Origin: Planctomyces sp.
GTDB lineage: Bacteria > Planctomycetota > Planctomycetia > Planctomycetales > Planctomycetaceae
DNA: 64,000 nt
NCBI GenBank assembly: GCA_019636235.1
Contig: JAHBXW010000003.1
Location: forward strand, 1 to 64,000
Direction of reading: 5' to 3'
Shown here in pieces: positions 27,948 through 37,189 of this stretch. Position numbers and translations under genes: made by a program. The notes under the pieces were generated by a model. The model was not told where the DNA came from. It ran no database searches and saw only the letters and a list, made by a program, of their open reading frames with translations. Positions within the stretch are counted from its first letter, which is position 1; every line of letters begins with the position of its first letter.

Positions 27948-28967
27948 ATGAAGTTCATCGGCGTCGACCTACACAAACAGACTATCAGCGTCTGCGCCTG
28001 CGACCAATCCCGCAAGATTCTGGAACGCATGTCGCTCCGCTGCAACCAACCCCTCTCAATCACCGCCTGGTTTCAGGCCCAACAGCCGTTTCGCGCCGTC
28101 GTGGAAGCCACCGCCAGCTACGAATGGTTCGTCCGGCTCATCGAGCCTTTCGCCGAGAAGGTTGTGCTGGCGCATCCGAAAAAACTGCGGATCATCGCGG
28201 AATCGACCCGCAAGAGCGATCGCCTCGACGCCCAGGTCCTGGCGGAGTTCCTGGCCATCGACATGATCCCCGCCTCCTATCGCCCCACGCCCCGCCAGCG
28301 GGACCACCGCAAACTCGTCCGCTACCGGGACACCGTGCAGCGGCGGATCACGTCCCTCAAGAACCGCATGCGGTGGCTGATGGCCGAATACAACGCCGAT
28401 CGCCCCAACCTGTTCACCGCTCCCGTGCTCCAGGCCGCTTTGACCACGCCGATGTCTCCCGCCGACCGGTCCGTCTTCCGCTGTCGGTCTGAAGAACTCT
28501 CGTTCCAAAGACAGCAACTGGCGGCCGCCAACCATCAACTCCGGGAGTTCGCCAGGTCCGCTCCGATCCGGGAGCAGGAACAACGCGAACTGCTGCTGAC
28601 GATCCCCGGCGTCGGCTTCGTGACCGCGGAAGTCATCCTGGCCGAGATTGCGGACATTGGTCGGTTCACTTCGTCCAAGCAGGTGGTGGCCTACGCCGGA
28701 CTGGCGCCCGGCCAGCGGGAAAGCGCGGGGAAAGGGCACGAACTGCACATCGAGAAGCAGGGTTCCCGCCATCTCCGCTGGATTCTCGTCGAGGCGGCCT
28801 GGCGACTGGTGCGGCACTCCCACCGGTGGCAGCAGGAGTACCTGCGTCTGAAAGCAAAGCTGAAGGCGAAGAAAGCGATCGTGGCGATCGCCCGCCGTCT
28901 GGTGGGGATCGTGACGGCGGTCTTGAAGAGTGGGCAGCCCTACCGGGCCGCCCACGTGTGTGTGTGA
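27948..28967 (+). CDS. IS110-family transposase/recombinase
   Basis: MKFIGVDLHKQTISVCA N-terminus (DEDD RuvC-like) and the C-terminal IS110-type region ...LLLTIPGVGFVTAEVILAEIADIGRFTSSKQVVAYAGLAPGQRESAGK... AAGGAG RBS 7 nt upstream of the ATG. Confidence 0.85.
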   Translation: MKFIGVDLHKQTISVCACDQSRKILERMSLRCNQPLSITAWFQAQQPFRAVVEATASYEWFVRLIEPFAEKVVLAHPKKLRIIAESTRKSDRLDAQVLAEFLAIDMIPASYRPTPRQRDHRKLVRYRDTVQRRITSLKNRMRWLMAEYNADRPNLFTAPVLQAALTTPMSPADRSVFRCRSEELSFQRQQLAAANHQLREFARSAPIREQEQRELLLTIPGVGFVTAEVILAEIADIGRFTSSKQVVAYAGLAPGQRESAGKGHELHIEKQGSRHLRWILVEAAWRLVRHSHRWQQEYLRLKAKLKAKKAIVAIARRLVGIVTAVLKSGQPYRAAHVCV

Positions 28968-29444
28968 CTTTCAGCGAGGAAGAACAAAGGACTGACTGCG
29001 CGAGCGATCGGTAACGTGCGACGACCCCGTGGCGTGCCAGGGTGGCGAAGAGCGATCTTCGACCGCCGTTCGTGTGAATGGGGCGTCCTTCGAACGTGTG
29101 AGAACTGGCGACGCTGGAAGTTCTGGCGATCCCGAATAGATGGTTGAGCGTACCGCCGCCCGCCCCGCGACTGAACCGGCCCGTCAAAAGGACCACCCAT
29201 GAACGCTTGACAAGACCGTTCTCATAGATGGCACGCCCTGACGCAGGAAGGGCGTGGTCAACTCCGCATCCGAAGGCAACGTTGATCGACCAGCGCGCCA
29301 TGCCCATCGCTGCGCTCTGGGTCGTGCCGGCCGCACGTGGCGCCCGGCGTCCGCCAAGAATCCCGTTTCCGCAGATTGGTGGCCCGCATCCCGCGTCCGT
29401 AGAATGCTCTGCCCCGCGACGCTTCCACTCCCGAGACTTCCGCC

Positions 29445-29939
29445 ATGGACAATCCCGATTCGCCGGTCGTCGGCGTCATCATGGGCAGCCGTTCCGACTG
29501 GGACACGCTCCAGCCGGCCGCCGAAGTGCTGACCGATTTCGGCGTGCCCCACGAATGCCGCGTCGTGTCCGCCCACCGGACGCCCGAATGGATGTGCGAG
29601 TACGCGAAGTCGGCCGAGGCCCGGGGTCTGGAGGTCATCATCGCCGGCGCCGGCGGCGCGGCCCACCTGCCCGGCATGGTCGCCTCGCAGACGCTGCTGC
29701 CTGTCCTGGGCGTGCCGGTGAAGAGCCGCACGCTCAACGGGTTGGATTCATTGCTGTCGATCGTGCAGATGCCGGGGGGAATTCCCGTCGGGACGCTGGC
29801 CATCGGCGAAGCCGGCGCGCGGAACGCGGGGCTGCTCGCGATTCGGATCCTCGCCGCGACGCGTCCGCAACTCCGGGAGAGGCTGCGGGAGTTCCACGAG
29901 GCCCAGACGCGGGACGTGATCGAGGATTCGCATCTATGA
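29445..29939 (+). CDS. purE: N5-carboxyaminoimidazole ribonucleotide mutase
   Basis: [15 protein letters not shown]...AHRTPEWM...[28 protein letters not shown] is the classic PurE pattern. Confidence 0.9.
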   Translation: MDNPDSPVVGVIMGSRSDWDTLQPAAEVLTDFGVPHECRVVSAHRTPEWMCEYAKSAEARGLEVIIAGAGGAAHLPGMVASQTLLPVLGVPVKSRTLNGLDSLLSIVQMPGGIPVGTLAIGEAGARNAGLLAIRILAATRPQLRERLREFHEAQTRDVIEDSHL

Positions 29940-31096
29940 AGCCGATCCTGCCCGGCGCCACGCTGGGCGTCCTGGGCAGCGGACAACTGGGGCGGATGTT
30001 CGCCATCGCCGCGCGTCGCCTGGGTTATCGCATCGAGGTCTATTCGCCCGATTCGCAAACGCCCGCCGGCCAGGTCTGCGATCGAGAATGGGCCGCGGCC
30101 TATGACGACCTCGACCAGTTGCGGGCGTTCGCCGCTGGCGTCGATGTCGTCACGCTGGAGTTTGAAAACGTCTCGGCCGACGCCGTCAACACGATCGAAC
30201 GCACGACGCCGGTGCGCCCCGGACCCGGCGTGCTCGAGACCGCGCAGCACCGCAGCCGGGAAAAGTCCGCGCTCCGCCGGATGGGCATTCCGACCGCGCC
30301 GTTCGCCATCGTGCGTTCCGCCCGGGAGGTGGAGGACGCCCTGCCGGGGCCGGAGTTTCAGGGCGAGGGAATTCTGAAGACGTCCGCCTGGGGCTACGAC
30401 GGCAAAGGTCAGCGTCGGCTGGCGTCGGGAGACGACCTGTCCGCGGCGTGGCAGTCGCTGGGGGATCAGGAGTGCGTGCTCGAGGGCATCATCGATTTCG
30501 AGTGCGAGGCGTCGGCGATAGGCGTCCGCGGCCTGGACGGCGAGTTCCGGACCTTCGGGCCGTTTCTCAACGAGCACCGGAACCACATTCTGGACGTCAC
30601 GATCGCCCCCGCGGAACAACTTTCCGACCGCACACGCCGGGAGGCCCTGGACATCACGCGGACGATCATGGATTCCCTGAATGTGGTCGGCGTGCTGTGC
30701 GTCGAGTTCTTTGTGGAGCGTGGCGGGCGTCTGCTGGTCAATGAACTCGCTCCGCGTCCCCACAACTCGGGTCATCTGACGATCGACGCCCATCGCTGCT
30801 GCCAGTTCGAACAACAGGTTCGGTCGGTGTGCGGCCTGCCGCTGGGGTCGGTCGAGCAGTTGCAACCGGCGGCGATGGCGAACCTGCTGGGGGATGTATG
30901 GGACGCTCCGGGCGGTCCGGACTGGCAGTCGCTGTTGGCGCTGCCGGACGTCAAGCTGCACCTGTACGGCAAAGATGAGCCACGGGCAGGACGGAAAATG
31001 GGACATCTGACGGCGCTGGCGGAAACGCCGTCAGCCGCGGAAGCGCTGGCGCGTCAGGCGCGGGAGACGCTGTGCGCGGGTCGGCGAATTCGTTGA
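29936..31096 (+). CDS. purK: N5-carboxyaminoimidazole ribonucleotide synthase
   Basis: ATP-grasp PurK pattern ([22 protein letters not shown]...; [10 protein letters not shown]...; [14 protein letters not shown]). ATG at 29936 overlaps the purE stop. The long N-terminal extension in the ORF track (from 29228) was rejected. Confidence 0.85.
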   Translation: MKPILPGATLGVLGSGQLGRMFAIAARRLGYRIEVYSPDSQTPAGQVCDREWAAAYDDLDQLRAFAAGVDVVTLEFENVSADAVNTIERTTPVRPGPGVLETAQHRSREKSALRRMGIPTAPFAIVRSAREVEDALPGPEFQGEGILKTSAWGYDGKGQRRLASGDDLSAAWQSLGDQECVLEGIIDFECEASAIGVRGLDGEFRTFGPFLNEHRNHILDVTIAPAEQLSDRTRREALDITRTIMDSLNVVGVLCVEFFVERGGRLLVNELAPRPHNSGHLTIDAHRCCQFEQQVRSVCGLPLGSVEQLQPAAMANLLGDVWDAPGGPDWQSLLALPDVKLHLYGKDEPRAGRKMGHLTALAETPSAAEALARQARETLCAGRRIR

Positions 31097-31221
31097 TGCG
31101 TCAGCGGGATGCCGGCCTGAAGGCGAATCGTGCGGAATCGTCGACATCGGATTGTGCGGCGGACGCGTCCTGAAGACACTGCGCTCTGTTGACTCCGCAC
31201 TCGTCCTGATTCCGCTGGCCC

Positions 31222-32070
31222 ATGCTGGAACTCGCGATCCTTGGAACGGCGCTCTGGGGCGCCGCCGCGGCGATGGCCGTGTACGCCGGCGAGGATGCGC
31301 TGCAGTCGGCGTTCGACAGCGTCGAACGCGAATTGCGCGAACAGCTGCGACGTCTGCGAATCTCCTCCCGCTCGCTGCGGAATTGGCTGCGCACGTGGAT
31401 CGCCGCGGCAGCGCTGGCGGCGGCCGCGACAGCCATCGGAACGGCCAGCGTGCTGAATGGCCTGGGCGTCGCCGTGCTGTTGTGCGTGCTTCCATGGCTG
31501 GCGATCCGGCGGATGGCGGCGACGCGCAAGCGAAAGATCGAAGAGCAGCTCGCGGACGCCATGGTGTCGTTCTCCAACGCCGTGCGGTCGGGACTGGCGC
31601 TGCCGCAGGCCCTGGAGATCCTGTCCCAGCAATGTCCGCCGCCGATCCAGCAGGAGTTCCGCCAGATCTTCGGCGAATATCGGATGGGCAAGACGCTGGA
31701 GGTCTGCCTGCGCGAGGCCAAACAGCGGCTGCAGAGTCAGAACTTTGCGCTGTTCGCCGCAGCGCTGGAGGCCAGCCGGCAAAGCGGCGGGCGGCTCAAC
31801 GAGACGGTCGAGCGGATCGCGGTCTCGGTTCGCGAGCTGCAGCGTCTCGAACGCAAGCTGCACGCGGAGACGGCACAGGCCCGGAAGTCGGCTCTTTATA
31901 TGGCCTGCGCGCCGCCGTTCATTCTGGCTGTGTATTACCTGTTCTTCGATCCGCTGCAGACAACACGGCTGTTCACCGAGCCGCTGGGCGTGCTGATGCT
32001 GCTGACGGCGGCGTCTCTGAACGTTGCGGCGTACGTCCTGGCGCGTCGGATTCTGGGCGCGCGGTTGTGA
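31222..32070 (+). CDS. Type II secretion system F-family protein (TadB/TadC-like), orphan copy
   Basis: TM helices at both ends and a central cytoplasmic T2SSF-like region (…QEFRQIFGEYRMGKTLEVCLREAKQRL…ALFAAALEASRQSGGRLNETVERIAVSVRE…). No tadA or cpaF partner is in this window. Confidence 0.55.
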   Translation: MLELAILGTALWGAAAAMAVYAGEDALQSAFDSVERELREQLRRLRISSRSLRNWLRTWIAAAALAAAATAIGTASVLNGLGVAVLLCVLPWLAIRRMAATRKRKIEEQLADAMVSFSNAVRSGLALPQALEILSQQCPPPIQQEFRQIFGEYRMGKTLEVCLREAKQRLQSQNFALFAAALEASRQSGGRLNETVERIAVSVRELQRLERKLHAETAQARKSALYMACAPPFILAVYYLFFDPLQTTRLFTEPLGVLMLLTAASLNVAAYVLARRILGARL

Positions 32071-32113
32071 TGTCCCTGTCCTGGGCTGTCGATTGCGACG
32101 TTCGGACTCGATC

Positions 32114-32130
32114 GATTCTGGATCTGTGAT
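32114..32130 (+). repeat. 17-bp direct repeat copy 2 (GATTCTGGATCTGTGAT); overlaps the rlmH start codon
   Basis: Exact match to 27693-27709. The last two bases (AT) plus G at 32131 form the rlmH ATG. Confidence 0.6.
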
Positions 32131-32599
32131 GCGCGTCTCCGTGGTGAGCGTTTCCGGAAAGCCGGCGGCCTGGATGCAGCAGGGCGTGGAGGAATACGTG
32201 CGGCGGCTGAAGCCGCGGATCCGGCTGGAGCTGGTCGATCTGAAAGCGGAATCGCGGACTTCCGGCAAGCCGATCGACGCCGTGCTGAAGGCCGAGGCGG
32301 ACCGGATCCGGGCCCGGCTGCCGACGGGGGCGACGTTGATCGCCCTCGATGAGCGCGGCGTGCAGCGGTCGACGCGGGAGTTGGCGGAACGGCTGGCCGA
32401 ATGGCAGCGGACGGGGGAGCAGGTGGCGTTCGTGATCGGCGGGCCGGATGGTCTGCATGACGAAGTGCGTTCGGCCGCGAGGGAACTGTGGTCGCTGTCG
32501 CGAATGACGCTGCCGCATGGCCTCGCGCGGCTGGTCCTGCTGGAACAGGTCTATCGCGCGTGCACGCTGCTGGAGGGTCACCCGTATCATCGCGAGTGA
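32129..32599 (+). CDS. rlmH: 23S rRNA (pseudouridine1915-N3)-methyltransferase RlmH
   Basis: SPOUT/RlmH pattern: MRVSVVSVSGKPAAWMQQGVEEYVRRL...ALDERG...VAFVIGGPDGL...LSLSRMTLPHGLARLVLLEQVYRA. Confidence 0.85.
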   Translation: MRVSVVSVSGKPAAWMQQGVEEYVRRLKPRIRLELVDLKAESRTSGKPIDAVLKAEADRIRARLPTGATLIALDERGVQRSTRELAERLAEWQRTGEQVAFVIGGPDGLHDEVRSAARELWSLSRMTLPHGLARLVLLEQVYRACTLLEGHPYHRE

Positions 32600-32626
32600 C
32601 GCTCGCCCGGTGATGCCGGTCCCGCT

Positions 32627-33580
32627 TCAGCGCAGGCTGCGAGCAGCCAGCACGGGACGGCCGCGGTCCGCGGTCGAGGGCGTCGAGTCGGGCGCCGGAT
32701 ACAGCGGGAGACAGACCAGTCCGCACAGGAGCAGCACTCCACGGAGCCGCCATGTCAGAGGCGGATGGGCGGAGGGCCGCATGATTTCGCGGAACCGGCT
32801 GGACAGCTCCCGTCCGCCGCGGATGCCCGTCGCCAGCGACAGCCGGGGAGGCCCGGCGGCGAAATCGAGAGCCGCCAGAATGGCTTCGGCGTACTGCCGC
32901 CGGGGATGCGCGTACGCGGATACCGCGCGGGCGTCGCAACACGTTTCCTCGACCAGCGCGATCTCCCGACGGGCCACCCACAGCGCGGGATGCCACCAGC
33001 ACACGGCCGCCGCCGCGGCTTCCAGCAACCGCACCCACGGGTCGCCTCGCTGGATGTGCGTCAGCTCATGAAGCAGCATCGCCTCGCGGTGCGCTGCGTT
33101 CGCCCGGCGCCACAGCGAATCGGGAATGATGACCGTCGCGAATTGGCCCAGTCCCCAGACCAGCGGCGTCGTCCGGGCGTCCACGAGCAAGACCCGCGGG
33201 CTCCGCGACAATCCGATCCGCGCGCTCAACCGCCCGGCCAGCCATTGAGCCTCCCGGTCTGATCGGCCGGCCGCGCGCAGCCAGGTTCGAAAACGCAGGC
33301 CCCTCGACACGATCCGGAAAGTCATCGCCAGCGAGCCCAGCCCCCACGCCGCGAGCAGCGCCGATCCCCAGCGAATGGAAGTCGGCGCATCGAGCGTCGG
33401 CCATTCCAGGGGCAGCGGCAGGGCGATCAGCGGGGGCGTCAGCAGTTTGGCGAGAACGAGCACCCAGGCGGCATGCACGACCGCGGGACGCACGCGCCGA
33501 CGCCCAAGCCACCAGGCGCCGGTCGCCAACAGGCTGACCAGCGCCGCGTTGCTCAATGCCGCATTGCACCACCACGCCAT
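32627..33580 (-). CDS. BlaR1/MecR1-like signal-transducing M56 peptidase domain membrane protein
   Basis: HEXXH zinc motif in context (LLHELTHIQRGDPW...WWHPALWVARREIALVEETCCDARAV) and multiple TM helices. The start is uncertain; the ORF track extends to 33754 and I propose 33580. Confidence 0.65.
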   Translation of the reverse strand: MAWWCNAALSNAALVSLLATGAWWLGRRRVRPAVVHAAWVLVLAKLLTPPLIALPLPLEWPTLDAPTSIRWGSALLAAWGLGSLAMTFRIVSRGLRFRTWLRAAGRSDREAQWLAGRLSARIGLSRSPRVLLVDARTTPLVWGLGQFATVIIPDSLWRRANAAHREAMLLHELTHIQRGDPWVRLLEAAAAAVCWWHPALWVARREIALVEETCCDARAVSAYAHPRRQYAEAILAALDFAAGPPRLSLATGIRGGRELSSRFREIMRPSAHPPLTWRLRGVLLLCGLVCLPLYPAPDSTPSTADRGRPVLAARSLR

Positions 33581-33789
33581 GCCCCGCGCTCCGCACCGGA
33601 TGCCTGCCCGCGCGAGTAACAGTCGGCAGGGATCCGAACTGAACCGCGTCCAGTAAGACGAACGCAACCCGCCAAATGTTGGTTCAAAAATCCCCGCGCC
33701 GCGAAGATTTGCGGACAATTTCGGCGTAACGGAGAACGCGAGGCCGAATCGCAACCCTTGGCCTGATCAAACGTTCCGCCAACTGTGCG

Positions 33790-34179
33790 TCACGACGAAG
33801 AAGTCTCGAACTGATCGAGCAGTTCGCGCAGCTCCTGGCGCTCCTCCGCAGACAGCGGGCTGGTCCGCACCAGGTGCGTCAGGAGCGGCGTCAGGGCGCC
33901 GTTGCAGAGGTCGTTCGCCGTATCACGCAGCCGGCGGCCGATCAGTTCCTCGCGATTCAGGCGGGGGCGGAACATGTGCGGCCATTGCTGGCGATCGCGT
34001 TCGACGCAGCCTTTCTCTTCGAGACGCTTCAGCAGCTTCTGGACAGTCGCCAGGTCGGAGGCGGTTTCGCGCGGGTACAGCGTCTGCGCCAAGTCGCGCA
34101 CTGTCGCCGCCTCGCGGCCCCACAGCACCTGCAGGATCGCCAGCTCCGCATCCGTGACGTCGACCGGTTTTCGCGCCAT
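33790..34179 (-). CDS. BlaI/MecI/CopY-family transcriptional repressor
   Basis: Winged-helix Penicillinase_R pattern (LAILQVLWGREAATVRDLAQTL...TVQKLLKRLEEKGCVERDRQQWPHMFRP). Start trimmed to MARKPVDV at 34179. It is immediately upstream of the M56 gene. Confidence 0.75.
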   Translation of the reverse strand: MARKPVDVTDAELAILQVLWGREAATVRDLAQTLYPRETASDLATVQKLLKRLEEKGCVERDRQQWPHMFRPRLNREELIGRRLRDTANDLCNGALTPLLTHLVRTSPLSAEERQELRELLDQFETSSS

Positions 34180-34327
34180 TCCGATCCCAGAACAAATGAC
34201 TCTGACACTCACGGTATAGACGGAGCGTCTTCCCCGGCAAGCATCTGCCAACTGCTTTCCCTGCAACGGGAACGGGCGATCAGGAGTGCGCGACGCAAAA
34301 TGCTCCGAAATTCGCTTTCCGACGGCA

Positions 34328-34825
34328 TTAGACAAACTGTCTCCACGACTCGGGCAGCAGCGCCGATAGCTCCCGCAGCGACGCGTCGTCGCGAATCATC
34401 CGAAAGTCGGAAAAATCAAAACCCGGACTTACCACGCACTGGACCAGCGAGTAATCGCCCGCGGGCGCCGCCGACTGCCACCAGCCGGCCGGGACGACCC
34501 GCGACGGTTGCTGGTCTCTCGCCGCGCAGCCCAGCCGGCACTCCTCGCGTTCGCCGGTCGCCGGGTTGAACATCCGCAGCACAAGCGGTCCCCCTTCGCT
34601 GGCGATCCAGCATTCGTCCGACCGCACGACATGCCAGACGCTGACTTCTCCCCGCACCAGCAGGAAGTCGATGACCGTCATGGCCGAGCGCGGGCCGCGG
34701 CCGTCCTGCAACTGCACCAGCGCACCGGATCGGAACGTCTCCCGGAACCAGCCCCCTTCGGGATGGGGAGACAGCTGCAGGAGTTCGCGCAGCTCTTCAG
34801 CGCGGGACCCGCCGGGCGCGCTCAC
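34328..34825 (-). CDS. Cupin-fold protein (DUF985-like)
   Basis: LQLSPHPEGGWFRETFRS N-terminal motif typical of DUF985 cupins. Its start overlaps the Hsp20 stop by 4 nt. Confidence 0.6.
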   Translation of the reverse strand: MSAPGGSRAEELRELLQLSPHPEGGWFRETFRSGALVQLQDGRGPRSAMTVIDFLLVRGEVSVWHVVRSDECWIASEGGPLVLRMFNPATGEREECRLGCAARDQQPSRVVPAGWWQSAAPAGDYSLVQCVVSPGFDFSDFRMIRDDASLRELSALLPESWRQFV

Positions 34826-35289
34826 AGGTCGGCGTGACTGGCGCCGCTGACGGGAATCCGACGCGCCTTGGCCGTCTCGACCTTGCCGACCGAGATGTAC
34901 AGGACGCCATGGCGGCTTTCCGCGCGAATGTCGTCGGCGTTCACCGACGCGGGCAACGGAATCAACCGCTTGAACGACCCGTGCGGCCGCTCGCTGAGAT
35001 GCGTCTGTCCGCCCTCAGCAGTCGACGCGGGATACGAGCCGTGCACTGTCAGCATGTTGCCGACGATGGACAGCTCGATGGCGTCCGGCAGCACGCCGGG
35101 GAGGTCCACCGCGACGTGCACCCGTTCGGGCTGCTCTGTGACGTCCACGGCGGGCGTGCAGGGCCGGCGGAACCCGATGGCGTCCATCGCGCGGCCGCCC
35201 TGGTTGAGGGCGCTTTCCACCATGCGGTCAATTTCCGACCGGAGACGATCCAGTGAACCGGACACAGGACCCTGGTTGGCTGCCGACAT
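34822..35289 (-). CDS. Hsp20/alpha-crystallin family small heat-shock protein
   Basis: ACD pattern (AVDVTEQPERVHVAVDLPGVLPDAIELSIVGNMLTVHG...SFKRLIPLPASVNADDIRAESRHGVLYISV). Start trimmed to MSAANQG at 35289. The 330-aa ORF-track extension was rejected. Confidence 0.8.
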   Translation of the reverse strand: MSAANQGPVSGSLDRLRSEIDRMVESALNQGGRAMDAIGFRRPCTPAVDVTEQPERVHVAVDLPGVLPDAIELSIVGNMLTVHGSYPASTAEGGQTHLSERPHGSFKRLIPLPASVNADDIRAESRHGVLYISVGKVETAKARRIPVSGASHADL

Positions 35290-36034
35290 AACCACCCTCG
35301 CAACGCTGGTGAGACCGGATTGCAGGCGGGCGCCTGCAGAGATGTTGAGGGCAATTGTCTCCGAAACCCGATGATCCGGCCACCGTCTGTTTTCAGGAAC
35401 TCCACTGACTGACCGATCACGCGATGATCCCGGCGCTCTGACGTCCTGAAGTTCCGACGCATGCGGAGTCGTGCATGCTTGCCGATCGCCGGGCGACCGC
35501 GCGGTGGCGTGGCGTCGGTCACGGTGAGCGATCGCAGGACAGATTCGAAGCGCGATGCTGGGCCCCGTGGCCGCCGTCGCCGGCCCGGTTGGGCCTTCAT
35601 CGAAAAAACTTGACGGTCCGCAACGCCAACGGACACCCAGGCGCGCACGAACCTCCAGGCAGCCCATCAGTCGCCCGAGTTGCTGGACGGCGCGCGGGGC
35701 GAGGCCGCATCGATCCCGCGGTCCGCGCCGTTTCGGCTGGGGGGTTCGAAGGCCGCGCGCGGCGGCCGCGTCGCCGATTTCGCGGACCCGCGGAGAGGTC
35801 TCGCGAACGCTCACATGCTTGGGCGTGCATGCGTGCGGCGGGGGCGAACGCCGGATGCGGCATACGCGTTGCAGCCCTCCAGACCGTGGGCACGTTCGTC
35901 GCGTTCAGGAATCTCGAAGGGCAGCCAGTTCGGCATCTCAGCCCGGTCACTCGGATGTGACGCGGAACCCTTGAAGCGTGCGCGCCCCCGCGGGGGATCT
36001 CGGCTTTCCACTCGGAGCAATCACAGGAGACAGG

Positions 36035-37084
36035 ATGATGTTGCGAAAATCGCCAGCGTTTCTGGCCATCGTTGCCTGCGGCGCCTTTGCCGTCGCGCAG
36101 GAAACCCAAACCCAGCAGCAGCAGAACCAACGGCAGCAGACACAGCAGAACCAGCAGCAACAGGAACGGACGCCCGCGAATCGTCTCGACGACGCCCGCC
36201 CCGGCCAGGCTCAGGAACGGCAGCAGCGCGAAGCCGGATTCCGGGGAACATCTGATCAGCAACTCGAATCGCTGATCGCCGATTGCCTGATCCTGGGCAA
36301 TCAGGAGGAACTGGCGTTGCTGAAGTTCGCGCAGCAGCACACGCAGAATGAGCAGGTCAAACAGTTCGTCCAGAAGGCGATCCAGGATCACGAGAAGGCG
36401 GTCGCCAGCCTGCAGAAGTTCGGTTCGCGTGAGAATGCGAACGTCGAACTGCGTGCGAGCGCCGACGACGCGGCAACCTCGGACCGAGCCGTCGCCACGC
36501 GGGAAGTGCGTCGGATCGGACCGGATGGCAAGGCCCTGGATGACGATGACGCCGCTCGTGACGCGACGCTCGACCGTCCGCAGGCGCCGGCGACGGCAGC
36601 CCGCAACGCCGATGCGGCCCGCCAGGCTCAGATTGCCGCCGCTGACCGCACGCAGACCGGCGCCGAAGGGGACATCGGCCGGCAGATGTACCAGATTCAG
36701 CGCGAAGCCGCCCAGCACTGCCTCGCCATGATCCAGAAGGAGCTCGGCGAGGAGCAGGGAGAGAAGTTCGACAAGGCGTTTCTCGGGCAGCAGGTCGGCA
36801 TGCACATCGGCATGCTCGCCAAGCTGAAGGCCGTGGAAGGCCATGTGTCGGGCGAACTCGCCCAAGTCGTCCAGCAGGCTCAGCAGACGACCAAGCAGCA
36901 CAAGGAGCAGGCCAAACAGTTGATGGAGCAGGTCGCCCACGGCGGCGATGACGCTGGTCGTCAGCCGGCTCGTCCGGGCGCGGCCCGCGAGACGCGGACG
37001 CCTGTTCAGCCTGGCGAATCGAACCGTGCGGATTCGAATCGCGAGACGCCGAATCGGGAGACGCCCAACCGCGACGCCAACTGA
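36035..37084 (+). CDS. Secreted DUF4142-like protein with Gln-rich low-complexity linkers
   Basis: Signal peptide MMLRKSPAFLAIVACGAFAVAQ. Motifs ADCLILGNQEELALLKFAQQH and AFLGQQVGMHIGMLAKLKA recall DUF4142. GGAGACAGG RBS-like upstream. Confidence 0.55.
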   Translation: MMLRKSPAFLAIVACGAFAVAQETQTQQQQNQRQQTQQNQQQQERTPANRLDDARPGQAQERQQREAGFRGTSDQQLESLIADCLILGNQEELALLKFAQQHTQNEQVKQFVQKAIQDHEKAVASLQKFGSRENANVELRASADDAATSDRAVATREVRRIGPDGKALDDDDAARDATLDRPQAPATAARNADAARQAQIAAADRTQTGAEGDIGRQMYQIQREAAQHCLAMIQKELGEEQGEKFDKAFLGQQVGMHIGMLAKLKAVEGHVSGELAQVVQQAQQTTKQHKEQAKQLMEQVAHGGDDAGRQPARPGAARETRTPVQPGESNRADSNRETPNRETPNRDAN

Positions 37085-37189
37085 ATCGGTTCGATGCCGG
37101 GGCGGCTGATACAGCCGCGTTCGACATCGCCTGTGGAGCGACCCGGGATCATCAGTGCCCCCCGGGTCGCTCTCTTTTCGTTTCCGGGG

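Larger units (their letters stand above)
27690..29200 (+). mobile_element. IS110-family insertion sequence (boundaries approximate; this family has no terminal inverted repeats)
   Basis: Contains a DEDD-type IS110 transposase gene preceded by about 250 bp of lower-GC non-coding sequence. The left boundary was guessed from the GC drop and the 17-bp repeat at 27693. The right boundary was not determined. Confidence 0.5.

Noticed and set aside
29228-29935. N-terminal 236-aa extension of the purK ORF
   Set aside because: It overlaps purE in another frame and is Arg-rich. purK has a clean ATG at 29936 overlapping the purE stop (ATGA).
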